A stretch of 64,000 nucleotides of DNA from Candidatus Sericytochromatia bacterium (GCA_036676985.1 JAKFBU010000041.1:96001-160000), one strand, 5' to 3'. Shown: positions 37,001 through 46,142, counted from the first letter of the stretch. Translations and numbers: made by a program. Notes: generated from the letters alone by a model not told the origin.

Positions 37001-38717
37001 CCAGGCCGAGGGCCTTGAGCTGCGAGAGGGCCACGTCCCCCGCGTCGAAGCGGCCCGCGAAGACGCCGTTCTCGGTGCCGTGCGCCGAGAAGCGCACGCT
37101 GCCCGCGCCGAGGGCGAGCTCCCCTTGCGGGACCTCCCAGCGATTCTTGACGTACGTGAAGTCCGCCTTGGCGGTGTCGAAGGTCTGGCGCTCGTAGCGC
37201 GCCTCGGCCACCTGCACGCTGCCCGCCACCTCCGGACGCATGGCGGTACCGCGCACCGTGACCTTGCCGCCGAGGCGACCGGCGACGGGCAACGCCTCCT
37301 CCAGGTACGGCGCGAGCGACGCGCCGAGATCGACGCCCTGGTACTGGGCATCGACCGTGATGACGGGATCCTGATCGAGGGTGAAGCCAGCAAGACCCCA
37401 GACGCGACCGCCGTTGAGCGTGCCCTGGAAGACGGGCAGGGTGACGGAGGTGCCCTCGTAGTGGAACTGACCCGTGACGTTGGAGGCGAGCTGGTCCAGC
37501 ACATGGCCCTGTGGGATCACCGCCGAGCCGTCCACGATGGGGTGCATGGTCGTGCCCGAGACCACGGCCGTGGCCGACCCCTTGCCCGAGGGCTCCCACA
37601 TGGCCAGGTCCGGCACCAGAGGGATGAGGCTCGCGACGTCCACGTTCTCGGCGCCGCCCGTGAAGGCCAGGCGCTGGACCGGCTTGTTGAGGTCGAAGAC
37701 CTTGCCCGAGCCCGAGAAGGAGTTGCCGAGCATCGTGCCCCGGATCTCGGGGACATCGGCCGTGGTGTTGTCGAAGGTGGCCCGGGCGTAGATGCCCTCC
37801 ACCGGGCGGCGGACGCCAACGGCCTCGAGCGACATGCCCCGGAGCTCCACGCCCCCCGTGAACTTGACGGCCTCGGGCGCCGGGCGATCCCAGACGACGG
37901 CGGTGGTGACGCGGCCGGCGCCGCCGGTGATCGTGAAGTTGGGGTTGGGCGCGAGGTAGTTGATCCAGCGCGCCGTCGGGACGTGGTCGGCTTCGGCGCG
38001 CACCTCGCCCGCCATCCGCTCGATGACGTACTTGCCCGTCACCGCGAGGCGCGAGGCGTCCTCCTGGGCGGTGGCCCGGAACGTGACGGCCTTGTCGGCC
38101 AGGTCCGCCGTGCCCGAGACGCGCGACAGTCGAGCCTGGAAGCGCGCCGTGCGCGGCATGCCGAGGTCGATCCAAGTGGCGGTGCCGGAGTGGACCCGGA
38201 CCCGGACCTTGGGGAGGTTGGGGATCTCGGGGGGCTCGGCGGGCCCCGGCTTGAAGGTGGGCTGGTAGTTGAGGGTGCCGCGGGCGTCGCGCGCAAGCGT
38301 CAGGGTGGGACCGTAGACGTCCACCATGATGGGCTGCTTGCCGAGCTTGAGGATCTCGAGGATCGAGTAGGAGGCCCGGGCGCGCGGCGCGTGGGCGAGC
38401 ACGGGCGCCCCCGGCTTGTTCGAGGCGTAGACCGTGAGGTCGCGCAGCTCGAGTCCGTTCCAGTAGGGACCCGCGACCTTGCCGACCTTGACCGGCACGC
38501 CGAGGGCTTCGGAGGCGCCGACCTCGACGGCATGAACGGCCTGGGCCAGGATCTCGTGCCGGGATTGGTACACCGAAACGCCGGCCACGGTCAGCGCGCC
38601 ACCGATCAAACAGGTGACGGCCAACAGGATCCGGCTCAGCAGCGTAAAAAATGACAGCCTGTGGGCGTTTGGGGCCTCGGAAGGCGTTTCGTTCTGGCTA
38701 ACCACGGCGTCTTCCAT
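34056..38717 (-). CDS. tamB: TamB/AsmA-like translocation-assembly or lipid-bridge protein
   Basis: N-terminal TM; 1553-aa Gly-rich beta-taco repeats (GTxxxPxxxG); DUF490-like C-terminus. Confidence 0.85.
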   Translation of the reverse strand: MEDAVVSQNETPSEAPNAHRLSFFTLLSRILLAVTCLIGGALTVAGVSVYQSRHEILAQAVHAVEVGASEALGVPVKVGKVAGPYWNGLELRDLTVYASNKPGAPVLAHAPRARASYSILEILKLGKQPIMVDVYGPTLTLARDARGTLNYQPTFKPGPAEPPEIPNLPKVRVRVHSGTATWIDLGMPRTARFQARLSRVSGTADLADKAVTFRATAQEDASRLAVTGKYVIERMAGEVRAEADHVPTARWINYLAPNPNFTITGGAGRVTTAVVWDRPAPEAVKFTGGVELRGMSLEAVGVRRPVEGIYARATFDNTTADVPEIRGTMLGNSFSGSGKVFDLNKPVQRLAFTGGAENVDVASLIPLVPDLAMWEPSGKGSATAVVSGTTMHPIVDGSAVIPQGHVLDQLASNVTGQFHYEGTSVTLPVFQGTLNGGRVWGLAGFTLDQDPVITVDAQYQGVDLGASLAPYLEEALPVAGRLGGKVTVRGTAMRPEVAGSVQVAEARYERQTFDTAKADFTYVKNRWEVPQGELALGAGSVRFSAHGTENGVFAGRFDAGDVALSQLKALGLDVDVAGRATATGSYAGDFTRMEAIRARGQAHVESGVLYGQPVSRASADWAISDRELRLSDVLAQGAGGSVKGHATVALFGQSKLPVLKADFAANGVELGQIEPLQELLVADVGSLRGTVSATGSVQSDGQAWRAQADTVGAGIDAERFGRVTRVAGPVYFGHERITLGDLSLLLANRSPAQLRGSIAFDRPEPAFDLEFSMQDVPARDALSAVHWQRLLQGTWIGRRLGVKETEGPQTTVASFEREPVVDERGDVNLGKLLAHWDRNSLEPLKTNQAYLQAKDPFWQSVDGKLTLEVAYQGLVSKPEVRVKSSLKEAVAYGHPLRSAHLTAVYRNDRLYVPVFDVIEEGGTGAALQARGMLGPDGVLGIYGQNLDLAWANPWLQAQDLELSGTGGFTLLAKGDPSDPRLEISAEVYQGSIAPPGAKPDSEERFTYEQGEVKATYYQGRVTLDNARVVKDGKDARILGSFPVLPGIANDELDVSLALEGDSLGIVTAFTRGEIQWKGGPGTATLKLGGTLEDPELSGVVDLQGVAIRDRNLTEDITNIRAYATITTDAVTIQRAAGNYGGGTITASGQIKLKRFQLDRLRLQVLARQVDFALTNGLYKGMVEASLDITGTLPRPVVGGTVAVSRGVVDLAALTPEEGAASSAAASDVPIELKDLTLRVHQGVTVLGPRQPVVVLADARIFDMGIDGSLNVNGPLSNPQVRGTIRTSNGNINPLNTPFDVVSGNIEFLGPGVANTPDAEFEDLLPQVAQVKTSTLPNARLNIVAKGQVYDYAYVVNGQRQPKNLDIKMTLTGSLDNMERRFEAVNDASVQQDRIERLLGKDSLVTGILEAETEKERNTIVATEVSGFLSTASRRFFTPVTSRLQDFLQLESLGFDLASLPGSDPNSAFFQQLGLNPSVYTQTRPLLGSVSLSGRYTFRQNSENVYQASFNYGINEFLSLNVGLDNLDLKGQAKPTIEGLNFNPSITLSTQRRF

Positions 38718-38756
38718 TATATAACAGAGACGCCGTTGACGGGCCGTTCGTTCCCG

Positions 38757-38794
38757 AAAAAAGCCCGGCGCCGTCCAATCGAACGGCGCCGGGC
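38757..38794 (-). terminator. Intrinsic terminator after the tRNA
   Basis: GCCCGGCGCCGT-loop-ACGGCGCCGGGC followed by TTTTTT on the minus strand. Confidence 0.85.
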
Positions 38795-38798
38795 CCTA

Positions 38799-38873
<75 letters not shown>

Positions 38874-38986
38874 GATCTCAAGATAACACACCCCTAACGT
38901 AGAATCAACCGTCCCTCAATAATTCGCCGCCGTTTCGGCGTCATCCTCTGCTTGACGGCGGGGAATGGGTCCCGGATCATGGCGGC

Positions 38987-39835
38987 ATGCCGCTCTTTGT
39001 CTCCACTCGCAGCCTGGCAGCCCCCGCCGACCTCGCGGGGATGCTCGAGATCTTCCGCCTCGCGTCGCTCGATCGCGTCGCGATCGAGGACGGGCCGCTC
39101 CTGGTGCCCGATGACCCGGGTCGCCTCGCGGCCTTCACGCTGGCGGCGCATGGGACGTTCCTGCCGAGCGAGGAGCCCTTCGGGCCCAACCTCGCGGCAG
39201 GGGACGAGGACTACCGGAGGCGCTCGGTGCGGCGGCTCGAGGAGCACCTCGCCTTCTGCGCGGAGCGCGGCATCCCCCGCTACACGTTCTTGGCGGGCTA
39301 CGCCCTCGAGGAGACGCATGACCCGGCCGTGCCGAGCCGGGTCGTCTCGGCTAACCGCGCCCGGGACCAGCTGCTCAAGTCGCTGGACCGGCTCGCGGAG
39401 TTCGCCGACGCGCGGGGGGTCGCCCTCGGGCTGATGAACGGGGACGCGCGCCGGGCGGAGATGCTCGGGTGCGAGGCTTCTGAGCTGGCGGGCATCCTGG
39501 ACACCCTGCAGATCCCGTTCCTGGGCCTGCGGCTGGATGTGGGGCACCTGTTACTTGCCGCCCGGCGACGGGGCTTCGAGGTCGAGGAGTTCGCGGCGGT
39601 GCTCCGGGGCAGGGTCGTCGGCCTGCGGTTGCACGAGGTGAGCAAGGCCGATGGGGCTCATCGGCTGCCCGTGCCGGAGGGTCCGGTCGAGGAGCTGCTG
39701 GCGTCCCATCCGGAATGGCACGAGTTGCCCATGGTGCTGGATGCGCGCGGGGTGGACCTGGGGCGGCTGATGGATGCCAAGGAACGGCTGGAATCCCGGT
39801 TGGCCATGCCGGTCCAGGGGCCTAGTCCGGCTTAG
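38987..39835 (+). CDS. Sugar-phosphate isomerase/AP endonuclease 2-like TIM barrel, divergent
   Basis: NLAAGDEDYRRRSV, LRLDVGHL, LRLHE...HRLP pattern. Confidence 0.7.
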   Translation: MPLFVSTRSLAAPADLAGMLEIFRLASLDRVAIEDGPLLVPDDPGRLAAFTLAAHGTFLPSEEPFGPNLAAGDEDYRRRSVRRLEEHLAFCAERGIPRYTFLAGYALEETHDPAVPSRVVSANRARDQLLKSLDRLAEFADARGVALGLMNGDARRAEMLGCEASELAGILDTLQIPFLGLRLDVGHLLLAARRRGFEVEEFAAVLRGRVVGLRLHEVSKADGAHRLPVPEGPVEELLASHPEWHELPMVLDARGVDLGRLMDAKERLESRLAMPVQGPSPA

Positions 39836-39850
39836 GGCGCTTTTCTCAAA

Positions 39851-39904
39851 GGAACCGTTCGCCCTTGGAGAGCCTCAGGGTGAACGGTTTTGTTGTGAGT
39901 CTCA
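39851..39904. repeat. Short palindromic repeat, family 3, copy 1
   Basis: GGAACCGTTCGCCCT...AGGGTGAACGGTTTT followed by GTTGTGAGTCT. Confidence 0.65.
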
Positions 39905-39922
39905 AGAGAATGCCGCTAAAGA

Positions 39923-41494
39923 CTAGTCGGAGATCGGCAACTCAGCCACCGGGGTCTTGAGGTAATCGACGATCGAGCGCGCGAGAGCCTCGCCCAGGTC
40001 CTTCTGGAAGGACTCGCTGGCCATGAGCTTCTCTTCCTGCGGGTTCGAGAGGTAGGCCGACTCCAGCAAGACCGAGGGTATCTCGGAGTTTCGCAGCACG
40101 TAGAGCCGTCCCTGCCGCACGCCCCGATCCGGTCGGCCCAAGGCTTTCACCAGGTCCGCATGCAGGTGCCGGGCCAGGGGAAGGCTCGTATCGTGGCGAT
40201 AATAGGTCTCGAGCCCGCCGATCTCGGGCGTCTCGCAGGAGTTGCCGTGCAGGCTGACGAAGAGCGACGGCCGCAGGGCCTGCACCAGCCGGGCGCGTGA
40301 GGCCAGATCGACGGACACGTCGGCCGTGCGGCTCATGACCACGTTGACGTCGCCCTTGGCGTCCAGGGCTGCCTTGACGGCCTGAGCGAGCCCCAGGTTC
40401 ACCTTGGCCTCATAGGTACCGCCCGGTCCGATGGCCCCCGGATCGTCCCCGCCATGACCCGCGTCCAGCACCACCGTCGGGCGGGACTCGGCGATCGCCG
40501 CCTTCTTCCAGCTGACCTCCAGGGTGCGCCCACCAGCCTTGCGACGGGCGTCGTAGGTGTAGACCGCGCGACTCAGATCGAGCTTGAGGACCCAGTCCGA
40601 GCCGTCCTGCTGCGCGCTCAGGGCCTCGACGCCCTCGAAGGCGTTGGGCAAAGCACCGTCGTAGCTGCCCTTGGGGATGCGCAGGACCAGGCGCGGAGGC
40701 GCCCACTCCTGCTGCACCCGCACCGCGAGGCGACGCTCGGACTCGAGACGCAGGGTCGTGACACCTTTACGGCGCTGGAGGTGAAGGCCGGAGAGACGCT
40801 GCGGCTCGCCGTTCCAGACGGGAGTAGGTTCGTCCGCCGTCGGCGGCTCCGGCTCGGGCGTCGCCTCGGGAGCCGGCGGGCCATAGGGCTCGCGGACGCG
40901 CTCGGGCAGGGGCGGGCCGTAGACGAGGCGCGGCGCCTCGGGCTCGGGAGGACCGTAGGCCTCCCGGACGGGCTTCACCGGAGGCAGCTCGGGACCATAG
41001 GTCTCGACCGGTGCGGGATCCGGGCCGAAGCGCTCGCTGGCCACGGCAAGAAGGGGCTCGCCCTTGTGGCGCGGATGGGGCTTCAGATCCAGCAGCTGGC
41101 CGCCGGAGGTCTGGGTGAGCTGGATGGAGGTGGGGCGATCGCAATCCAGCACGAAGCGGATGAAGCCCTCCTCGGCATGCATGGCGCCGCGCAGCGCGCG
41201 ATACGGGCCGGAGGCGATGGGCACGGCCTGCAGAAGGGTCGGATCGGACAGCTCGGCCCCGTAGAGGTCGATGACCACGCGGTAAGGGGCCTCCAGGGCG
41301 AACAGCCTGGCATTGAGAGGGCGATCGGCCTCGAAGCGGAGCTTGCCGTCGATCCACCGCACGGACGAGACCACCGCCGGATCCTGCTCCTGGCGCACGG
41401 CCGGGCGCGCAGGCTTGGCCGTCACCGGAGCGGCCACGCCGGCAAGCATGAACCCGGCGACGAGCGTCGTCATCCATCCGTTGAGTCGTTGCAT
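39923..41494 (-). CDS. amiC: N-acetylmuramoyl-L-alanine amidase with AMIN-like domains
   Basis: Signal peptide; PYRVVIDL AMIN motif; LDAGHGGDDPGA, EAKVNL, SLHGNS, LYVLR, SVLLE. Confidence 0.9.
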   Translation of the reverse strand: MQRLNGWMTTLVAGFMLAGVAAPVTAKPARPAVRQEQDPAVVSSVRWIDGKLRFEADRPLNARLFALEAPYRVVIDLYGAELSDPTLLQAVPIASGPYRALRGAMHAEEGFIRFVLDCDRPTSIQLTQTSGGQLLDLKPHPRHKGEPLLAVASERFGPDPAPVETYGPELPPVKPVREAYGPPEPEAPRLVYGPPLPERVREPYGPPAPEATPEPEPPTADEPTPVWNGEPQRLSGLHLQRRKGVTTLRLESERRLAVRVQQEWAPPRLVLRIPKGSYDGALPNAFEGVEALSAQQDGSDWVLKLDLSRAVYTYDARRKAGGRTLEVSWKKAAIAESRPTVVLDAGHGGDDPGAIGPGGTYEAKVNLGLAQAVKAALDAKGDVNVVMSRTADVSVDLASRARLVQALRPSLFVSLHGNSCETPEIGGLETYYRHDTSLPLARHLHADLVKALGRPDRGVRQGRLYVLRNSEIPSVLLESAYLSNPQEEKLMASESFQKDLGEALARSIVDYLKTPVAELPISD

Positions 41495-41645
41495 CGAGGC
41501 CTCCTAGCCGGAACCAGCGTAGCTCCGGACGGCCTGGGGACGCCGTGCGCCCGGTCACCGCCACCGGAGCGACGACTGGTTTCGAAAGCGGGCGGGAACG
41601 GTATGATCGGACAGGCAAGCTATCGACCGCGCGAAAGGGAAAGGA

Positions 41646-42620
41646 ATGGCCAACGTCAACTACGACCGGCTCTCGAAGCTCCCGGCCCTCCAGGGCCTGA
41701 GCCAGGAGGAGATGACCGAGTTCTTCCGGATCGCCACCAAGCACGCCATCAAGCCCGGCGACGCGGTGATCCGCACCGGAGACAAGGCCGACTGCTTCTT
41801 CTTGATCGCGACGGGCCACCTGGAAATCCTGCTGCCGCAGAAGAACCAGCCGCCCACCTCGCTCGCGCAGCTTGGCCCCGGCCAGCTGGTCGGCGAGATG
41901 CCCCTGCTCTACGCGCAGCCCATCCGCCAGGCCGACGTGGTGGCCAACAGCGATGCGGTGCTCTTGCGCTTCAGCTACGCCGACTACGAGGGGCTCGCCC
42001 ACACGCACCCCGAGATCGGCAAGAAGTTTCGCTCCAACCTGGGCAAGATCGTGGCGGGCCGCGTCTGGAGCACCCTGCCGAGCGATCCCGCCGCTGGCTC
42101 CGCCAAGAAGATCGAGGAGCCCAAGGTCAACAAGCCCGCCCAGACGAGCAACCACGAGGCCATGGCCAAGGCCACCATCTTCAACGGGCTCACCGAGGAG
42201 GAGTTCGCGGCGCTGGAGGCGATCGCCATCCCACTCGCGGCCCATCCCGGTCAGCCCATCGTGCGGATGGGCGAGCCTGCGGACTCCTTCTACCTGGTGA
42301 CCAACGGCTACTGCGAGGTGCAGATCCCCAAGGACGGCCAGGCGATGCCAGTCGCGCGCCTCGGCAGCGGCCAGGTGTTCGGCGAGATGGCGCTCGTTTA
42401 CAAGCAGCCCACGCGTACGGCCGACGTGGTGGCCGTGGCCGATGCGAAGCTCTTGAACTTCTCGTTCGAGGACTACAACCGGCTCGTCAAGGGGATGCCC
42501 GAGATTGGCCGCAAGCTGCGCAACAACCTGGGCCGGGTGGCCGCGAGCCGGGCCTGGACCATGCAGAGCGACGAGACCCAGTCCATGCGGCAGCGGTCGG
42601 GGACAGGTCCGCTCAACTAG
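41646..42620 (+). CDS. Tandem cyclic-nucleotide-binding domain protein
   Basis: Two cNMP domains: GEMPLLYAQPIRQADVVA and FGEMALVYKQPTRTADVVA. Confidence 0.9.
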   Translation: MANVNYDRLSKLPALQGLSQEEMTEFFRIATKHAIKPGDAVIRTGDKADCFFLIATGHLEILLPQKNQPPTSLAQLGPGQLVGEMPLLYAQPIRQADVVANSDAVLLRFSYADYEGLAHTHPEIGKKFRSNLGKIVAGRVWSTLPSDPAAGSAKKIEEPKVNKPAQTSNHEAMAKATIFNGLTEEEFAALEAIAIPLAAHPGQPIVRMGEPADSFYLVTNGYCEVQIPKDGQAMPVARLGSGQVFGEMALVYKQPTRTADVVAVADAKLLNFSFEDYNRLVKGMPEIGRKLRNNLGRVAASRAWTMQSDETQSMRQRSGTGPLN

Positions 42621-42634
42621 CGGTTTTCAGTTCG

Positions 42635-42664
42635 AGCGGCAGGCGGGGAGCCTGCCGCTTTTTT
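42635..42664 (+). terminator. Intrinsic terminator
   Basis: AGCGGCAGGC-GGGGA-GCCTGCCGCT followed by a T-tract. Confidence 0.85.
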
Positions 42665-42705
42665 CATGGGGAATTCGGAAACGGGCGGATGGCATGGTTC
42701 TTAGC

Positions 42706-42783
42706 GGAACCGTTTGCCCCTTCGACAGGCTCAGGACAGGCTTTCGACCTGGCTCAAGACAAACGGTTTTTTTGTGGGTCTTA
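42706..42783. repeat. Short palindromic repeat, family 3, copy 2
   Basis: GGAACCGTTTG...CCCTTCGACAGGCTCAGGACAGG...CAAACGGTTTTTTTGTGGGTCT; ends match the 39851 copy. Confidence 0.7.
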
Positions 42784-42962
42784 CGATGGATACAACACGG
42801 TTCACCACTGCCCCGCTCCCTTTGAAACCCAGTCCATCCAGCCATCCGCAGCGGCCAAATCGGCTGAAACGCTCGCGGCGCGCGCCCGGCGAGCGTTGCG
42901 CGGGGCGGAGTGCGGGAGCTATCTTTACATTCGATAACAATCGAGACAGAGGAGGACTTGGA

Positions 42963-43376
42963 ATGGCTTTGGCTGGGCTGCTGGATCTCGAGGGCTACCA
43001 CGTCGCCCAGGGCAGTGTCGACGCCCGGGGCTGGCCGCTCTACGACGCGCGCGGCGACCTGGTGGGGACCATCGAGGATCTGATCGTCGATACCGAGGCC
43101 ATGGTGGCCCGCTACATGCAGGTCGCCCTGCACGACCTCGCCCGCTCGGTGGTGCTCTCGGTGCCCGAGCTCCAGATCGATGCCCGCCACGAGGTCGTCA
43201 TCTGCCCGCGCGCCAGCAAGGACCAGATCGAGATGCTGCCCTACATCGGCGGCAGCGACCTGAACGAGGGACAGGAGCGCCGCCTGGTCGCCGCCTTCGC
43301 CCCCACCCTCGAGGAGGAGGCGATCCTCGCCTCTCCCACCCGCATCATCATGCGCGTGCAGCGGATCGAGGACTAA
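42963..43376 (+). CDS. PRC-barrel domain protein
   Basis: GGAGG SD; DARGWPLYDARGDLVGTIEDLIVD...RYMQV. Confidence 0.82.
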   Translation: MALAGLLDLEGYHVAQGSVDARGWPLYDARGDLVGTIEDLIVDTEAMVARYMQVALHDLARSVVLSVPELQIDARHEVVICPRASKDQIEMLPYIGGSDLNEGQERRLVAAFAPTLEEEAILASPTRIIMRVQRIED

Positions 43377-43403
43377 AAAACCGCCCGGGAAAGCCCGGGC
43401 GGC
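43375..43403 (-). terminator. Terminator between convergent genes
   Basis: CCGCCCGGG-AAAG-CCCGGGCGG flanked by an A-tract. Confidence 0.8.
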
Positions 43404-43430
43404 GAGTGTGGGTCAGGTTGGAGTGGTGGG

Positions 43431-43823
43431 TTAGCGGCTCTTCTTGGGAAGCTGCGACATCCAGTCGCTGCCGAGGTTCGTGAAGAACGAGTGCGCATCG
43501 AGCACCTCGTCCTGCGAGATGGGGGGCATCCCGGCGAACTTCTCCTCTTCGCGGCGCGACGAGAAGATGCCGCGGACGCGAGCCGTGCCGGCCGCCGCCT
43601 CACGGGTCGACGCCTCGGCCGGAGCCGTCACGTCGCTCGACTCGTACTCGACGCCGACGATCGCGACGCCTGCGGGCTGGTTGCACGCGGTGCAGTGCAC
43701 GCGGACGACCCAGTAATCCTTCTCCTCGCGAAGCAGCTTCACGCCTTCAGGCGTGAAGGCCTCGTTGCAATGCGCACAGCGCAACTTGCGGAAGTGCTCT
43801 TGAACCACCGAAAAGTTTTTCAT
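43431..43823 (-). CDS. Zn-ribbon hypothetical protein
   Basis: CAHC...CTAC; C-terminal PPISQDEVLDAHSFF. Confidence 0.75.
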   Translation of the reverse strand: MKNFSVVQEHFRKLRCAHCNEAFTPEGVKLLREEKDYWVVRVHCTACNQPAGVAIVGVEYESSDVTAPAEASTREAAAGTARVRGIFSSRREEEKFAGMPPISQDEVLDAHSFFTNLGSDWMSQLPKKSR

Positions 43824-43935
43824 CCCCCACACTCCAATCCTGTTAAAACGGCCATTACAGCGGTTACGGCGTTCTGAGGCTTCTATACCCTTGGGGGCGC
43901 GAAAATTATCACCGATATCAGTTTGTTGACACTGT

Positions 43936-44655
43936 TTAACATAATGGCTTGGCCGACGGCTGACCCGCACGGCGCGGGTATCCCTTGGGGGTCGGCCCCA
44001 CTTTTTCGACCACCACCAGGGCCCGTTCGCCGAAGCCTTCCGGCAGCGCAAATCGCTCGATCTCCCGGATCGATCCGCCCAGGACCTTGAGCGCCTTTTG
44101 GGCTCCGGCCACCTCCGCGTCCACGTTGGCGCCCTTCATCGCGATGAAGCGCCCTCCGGGCTTCAAGAAGGGCAAGCACAGCTCGCTGAGCACGTTCAGC
44201 TCCGCCACCGCCCGCGCGAACACCAGATCGTAGGCCCCGCGGTGCGCCGGATCCTGGCCGAACTCCTCCGCGCGACCGTGCAGGGCCGTCCCGCTCAGCC
44301 CGAGCGCCTGGATCGCCTCGTTCATGAAGTCGACCTTCTTGCGCGTCGCCTCGAGCATGGTGCCCGACCAGTGACGCTGCATCACCAGCAGGGGCAACCC
44401 CGGGAAGCCGGGCCCGGCGCCCACGTCGATGAAGCGGAAGGGAGCCTGGCGGTCCGGAACGGCGCGCAGCACGGAGATCGAGTCGAGGAAGTGCTTGACG
44501 ACCGCCTCGCGTTCGTCGGTGATGCGCGTGAGGTTGGCGCGGCGGTTGCCTTCCAGCAGGAGATCGTAGAGCCGCCGGAAACCGTCCAGCGTCGCGGGAT
44601 CGACCGGGATCCCCCAGTCGGAGGCGTGGTGGGACAAGAGTTGCCAGGGGTCCAT
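43936..44655 (-). CDS. rsmG: 16S rRNA G527 methyltransferase
   Basis: NLTRI, KHFLDS, DVGAGPGFPGLPL, RAEE, ARAVA, TPKGYPRRAG. Confidence 0.96.
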   Translation of the reverse strand: MDPWQLLSHHASDWGIPVDPATLDGFRRLYDLLLEGNRRANLTRITDEREAVVKHFLDSISVLRAVPDRQAPFRFIDVGAGPGFPGLPLLVMQRHWSGTMLEATRKKVDFMNEAIQALGLSGTALHGRAEEFGQDPAHRGAYDLVFARAVAELNVLSELCLPFLKPGGRFIAMKGANVDAEVAGAQKALKVLGGSIREIERFALPEGFGERALVVVEKVGPTPKGYPRRAGQPSAKPLC

Positions 44656-44738
44656 GGCGGCGCATCCTCTCGGGACAAAGCAAGCGGGCGTCACATGTTA
44701 GCATGCACGACCGGCCGCTTTTGCGCTAGAATGGGCCC

Positions 44739-45320
44739 ATGCAGGCATTCATCCCTTCACGCTGGGTCGTCGTGGACCTCGAGACGACGGGCATGTCCCC
44801 CCTCAAGGGCGACCGCATCGTCGAGATCGGGGCGGTCGCCGTGGAGAACGGCGCCATCACCGAAGAGTTCAGCACCCTGGTCGATCCCGAACGGCTCATC
44901 CCGTACTTCGTGCAGCGGGTGCACGGGATCTCCGACGCCATGGTCATGGGCAAGCCCGTCTTCGCCGACGTGCTGCCGTCGTTCCTGCGGTTCTGCGGGG
45001 ACTCGGTGCTGGTCTCGCACAACGCCAACTTCGACCGGGGCTTTCTCGATCACCAGGCCATGGAGGTCATGCACACGCCCCTGCCGCATGCGCACGTGGA
45101 CACCCTGCGGGTCTCGCGGATCCTCCTGCCCAAGCTCGGCAAGCACAACCTGGATGCCCTGACCAACCACTTCGCGGTGCGGATCCCGCCCAGCCAGCGC
45201 CACCGGGCGCTGGGCGACGCGCGGGCCACCGCCGAGGTCTGGCTCAAGATGCTGACCATGGCCATGCAAGAAGGCAAGTCCATCAGCAAGGGCTTCATCC
45301 GTCAGGTGGCCGTCAACTAA
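44739..45320 (+). CDS. DEDDh 3'-5' exonuclease (DnaQ-like)
   Basis: DLETTG, HNANFD, HRALGDA. Confidence 0.92.
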   Translation: MQAFIPSRWVVVDLETTGMSPLKGDRIVEIGAVAVENGAITEEFSTLVDPERLIPYFVQRVHGISDAMVMGKPVFADVLPSFLRFCGDSVLVSHNANFDRGFLDHQAMEVMHTPLPHAHVDTLRVSRILLPKLGKHNLDALTNHFAVRIPPSQRHRALGDARATAEVWLKMLTMAMQEGKSISKGFIRQVAVN

Positions 45321-45384
45321 GCACCGGCGCTCCCGGGCCACGCGCATTTGACGCCCTTGCGCGCTTCCATTAACCTGGACCGTT

Positions 45385-46140
45385 ATGAACGCATCGATTT
45401 CGTTGCCCACGGCCTTCCTGGCGGGGCTCATCTCCTTCATCTCGCCCTGCGTCCTGCCGCTGGTGCCGGGCTACCTGTCCTTCATCTCCGGCGTCTCGAG
45501 CGAGGAGATGCGCACCGGCGCGAGCGCCGAGATGCGCCGCAAGGTGATGCTCAACTCCCTGGGCTTCATCCTGGGCTTCTCGATCGTCTTCATCGCCCTC
45601 GGCGCGACGGCGACCTTCATCGGCTCCTTCCTGACCGAGCAACTCCCGCTCTTGAGCAAGATCGCAGGCGTCATCATCGTCCTGTTCGGCCTTCACACCA
45701 TGGGCCTCTTCAAGATCAAGGCGCTCTACATGGAGAAGCGCTTCCAGGTCGGAAACAAGCCGGCGGGCTTCCTCGGCTCGGTGGTGGTGGGCCTCGCCTT
45801 CGCCTTCGGCTGGACGCCGTGCATCGGCCCCATCCTGGCCGGGATCCTCACCTACGCCAGCCAGCAGGAGACCCTGGGCCAGGGCATGGCCCTGCTCGTC
45901 GCCTACTCGCTGGGCCTGGGCGTGCCCTTCTTCGCGACGGCCGTCGCCATCAACGGCTTCTTTGCCCTCTTCAACCGCATCAAGCGCCACATGCGCGCCG
46001 TCGAGATCGTGAGCGGCCTCTTGCTGGTGGCCGTGGGCGTCCTCATCTACACCAACAACCTCGCGCTCCTGGCCAACGCCCTCCAGAGCTCGCAGGCGGG
46101 CCAGAGCCTGCTCGAGATCGAGCAGAAGCTCGGGAAATAG
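45385..46140 (+). CDS. ccdA: Cytochrome c biogenesis/thiol-disulfide transporter CcdA
   Basis: SFISPCVLPLVP and GWTPCIGPIL. Confidence 0.93.
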   Translation: MNASISLPTAFLAGLISFISPCVLPLVPGYLSFISGVSSEEMRTGASAEMRRKVMLNSLGFILGFSIVFIALGATATFIGSFLTEQLPLLSKIAGVIIVLFGLHTMGLFKIKALYMEKRFQVGNKPAGFLGSVVVGLAFAFGWTPCIGPILAGILTYASQQETLGQGMALLVAYSLGLGVPFFATAVAINGFFALFNRIKRHMRAVEIVSGLLLVAVGVLIYTNNLALLANALQSSQAGQSLLEIEQKLGK

Positions 46141-46142
46141 GC

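Noticed and set aside
42714-42962. Repeat-derived N-terminal extension of the PRC-barrel ORF
   Set aside because: It starts inside a palindromic repeat without an SD, whereas ATG 42963 has a strong GGAGG; unlike the pilin cases, nothing supports read-through.
45348-46142. Apparent long N-terminus of the GNAT ORF (412 aa)
   Set aside because: Alternate frame over ccdA; the GNAT starts at ATG 46143.
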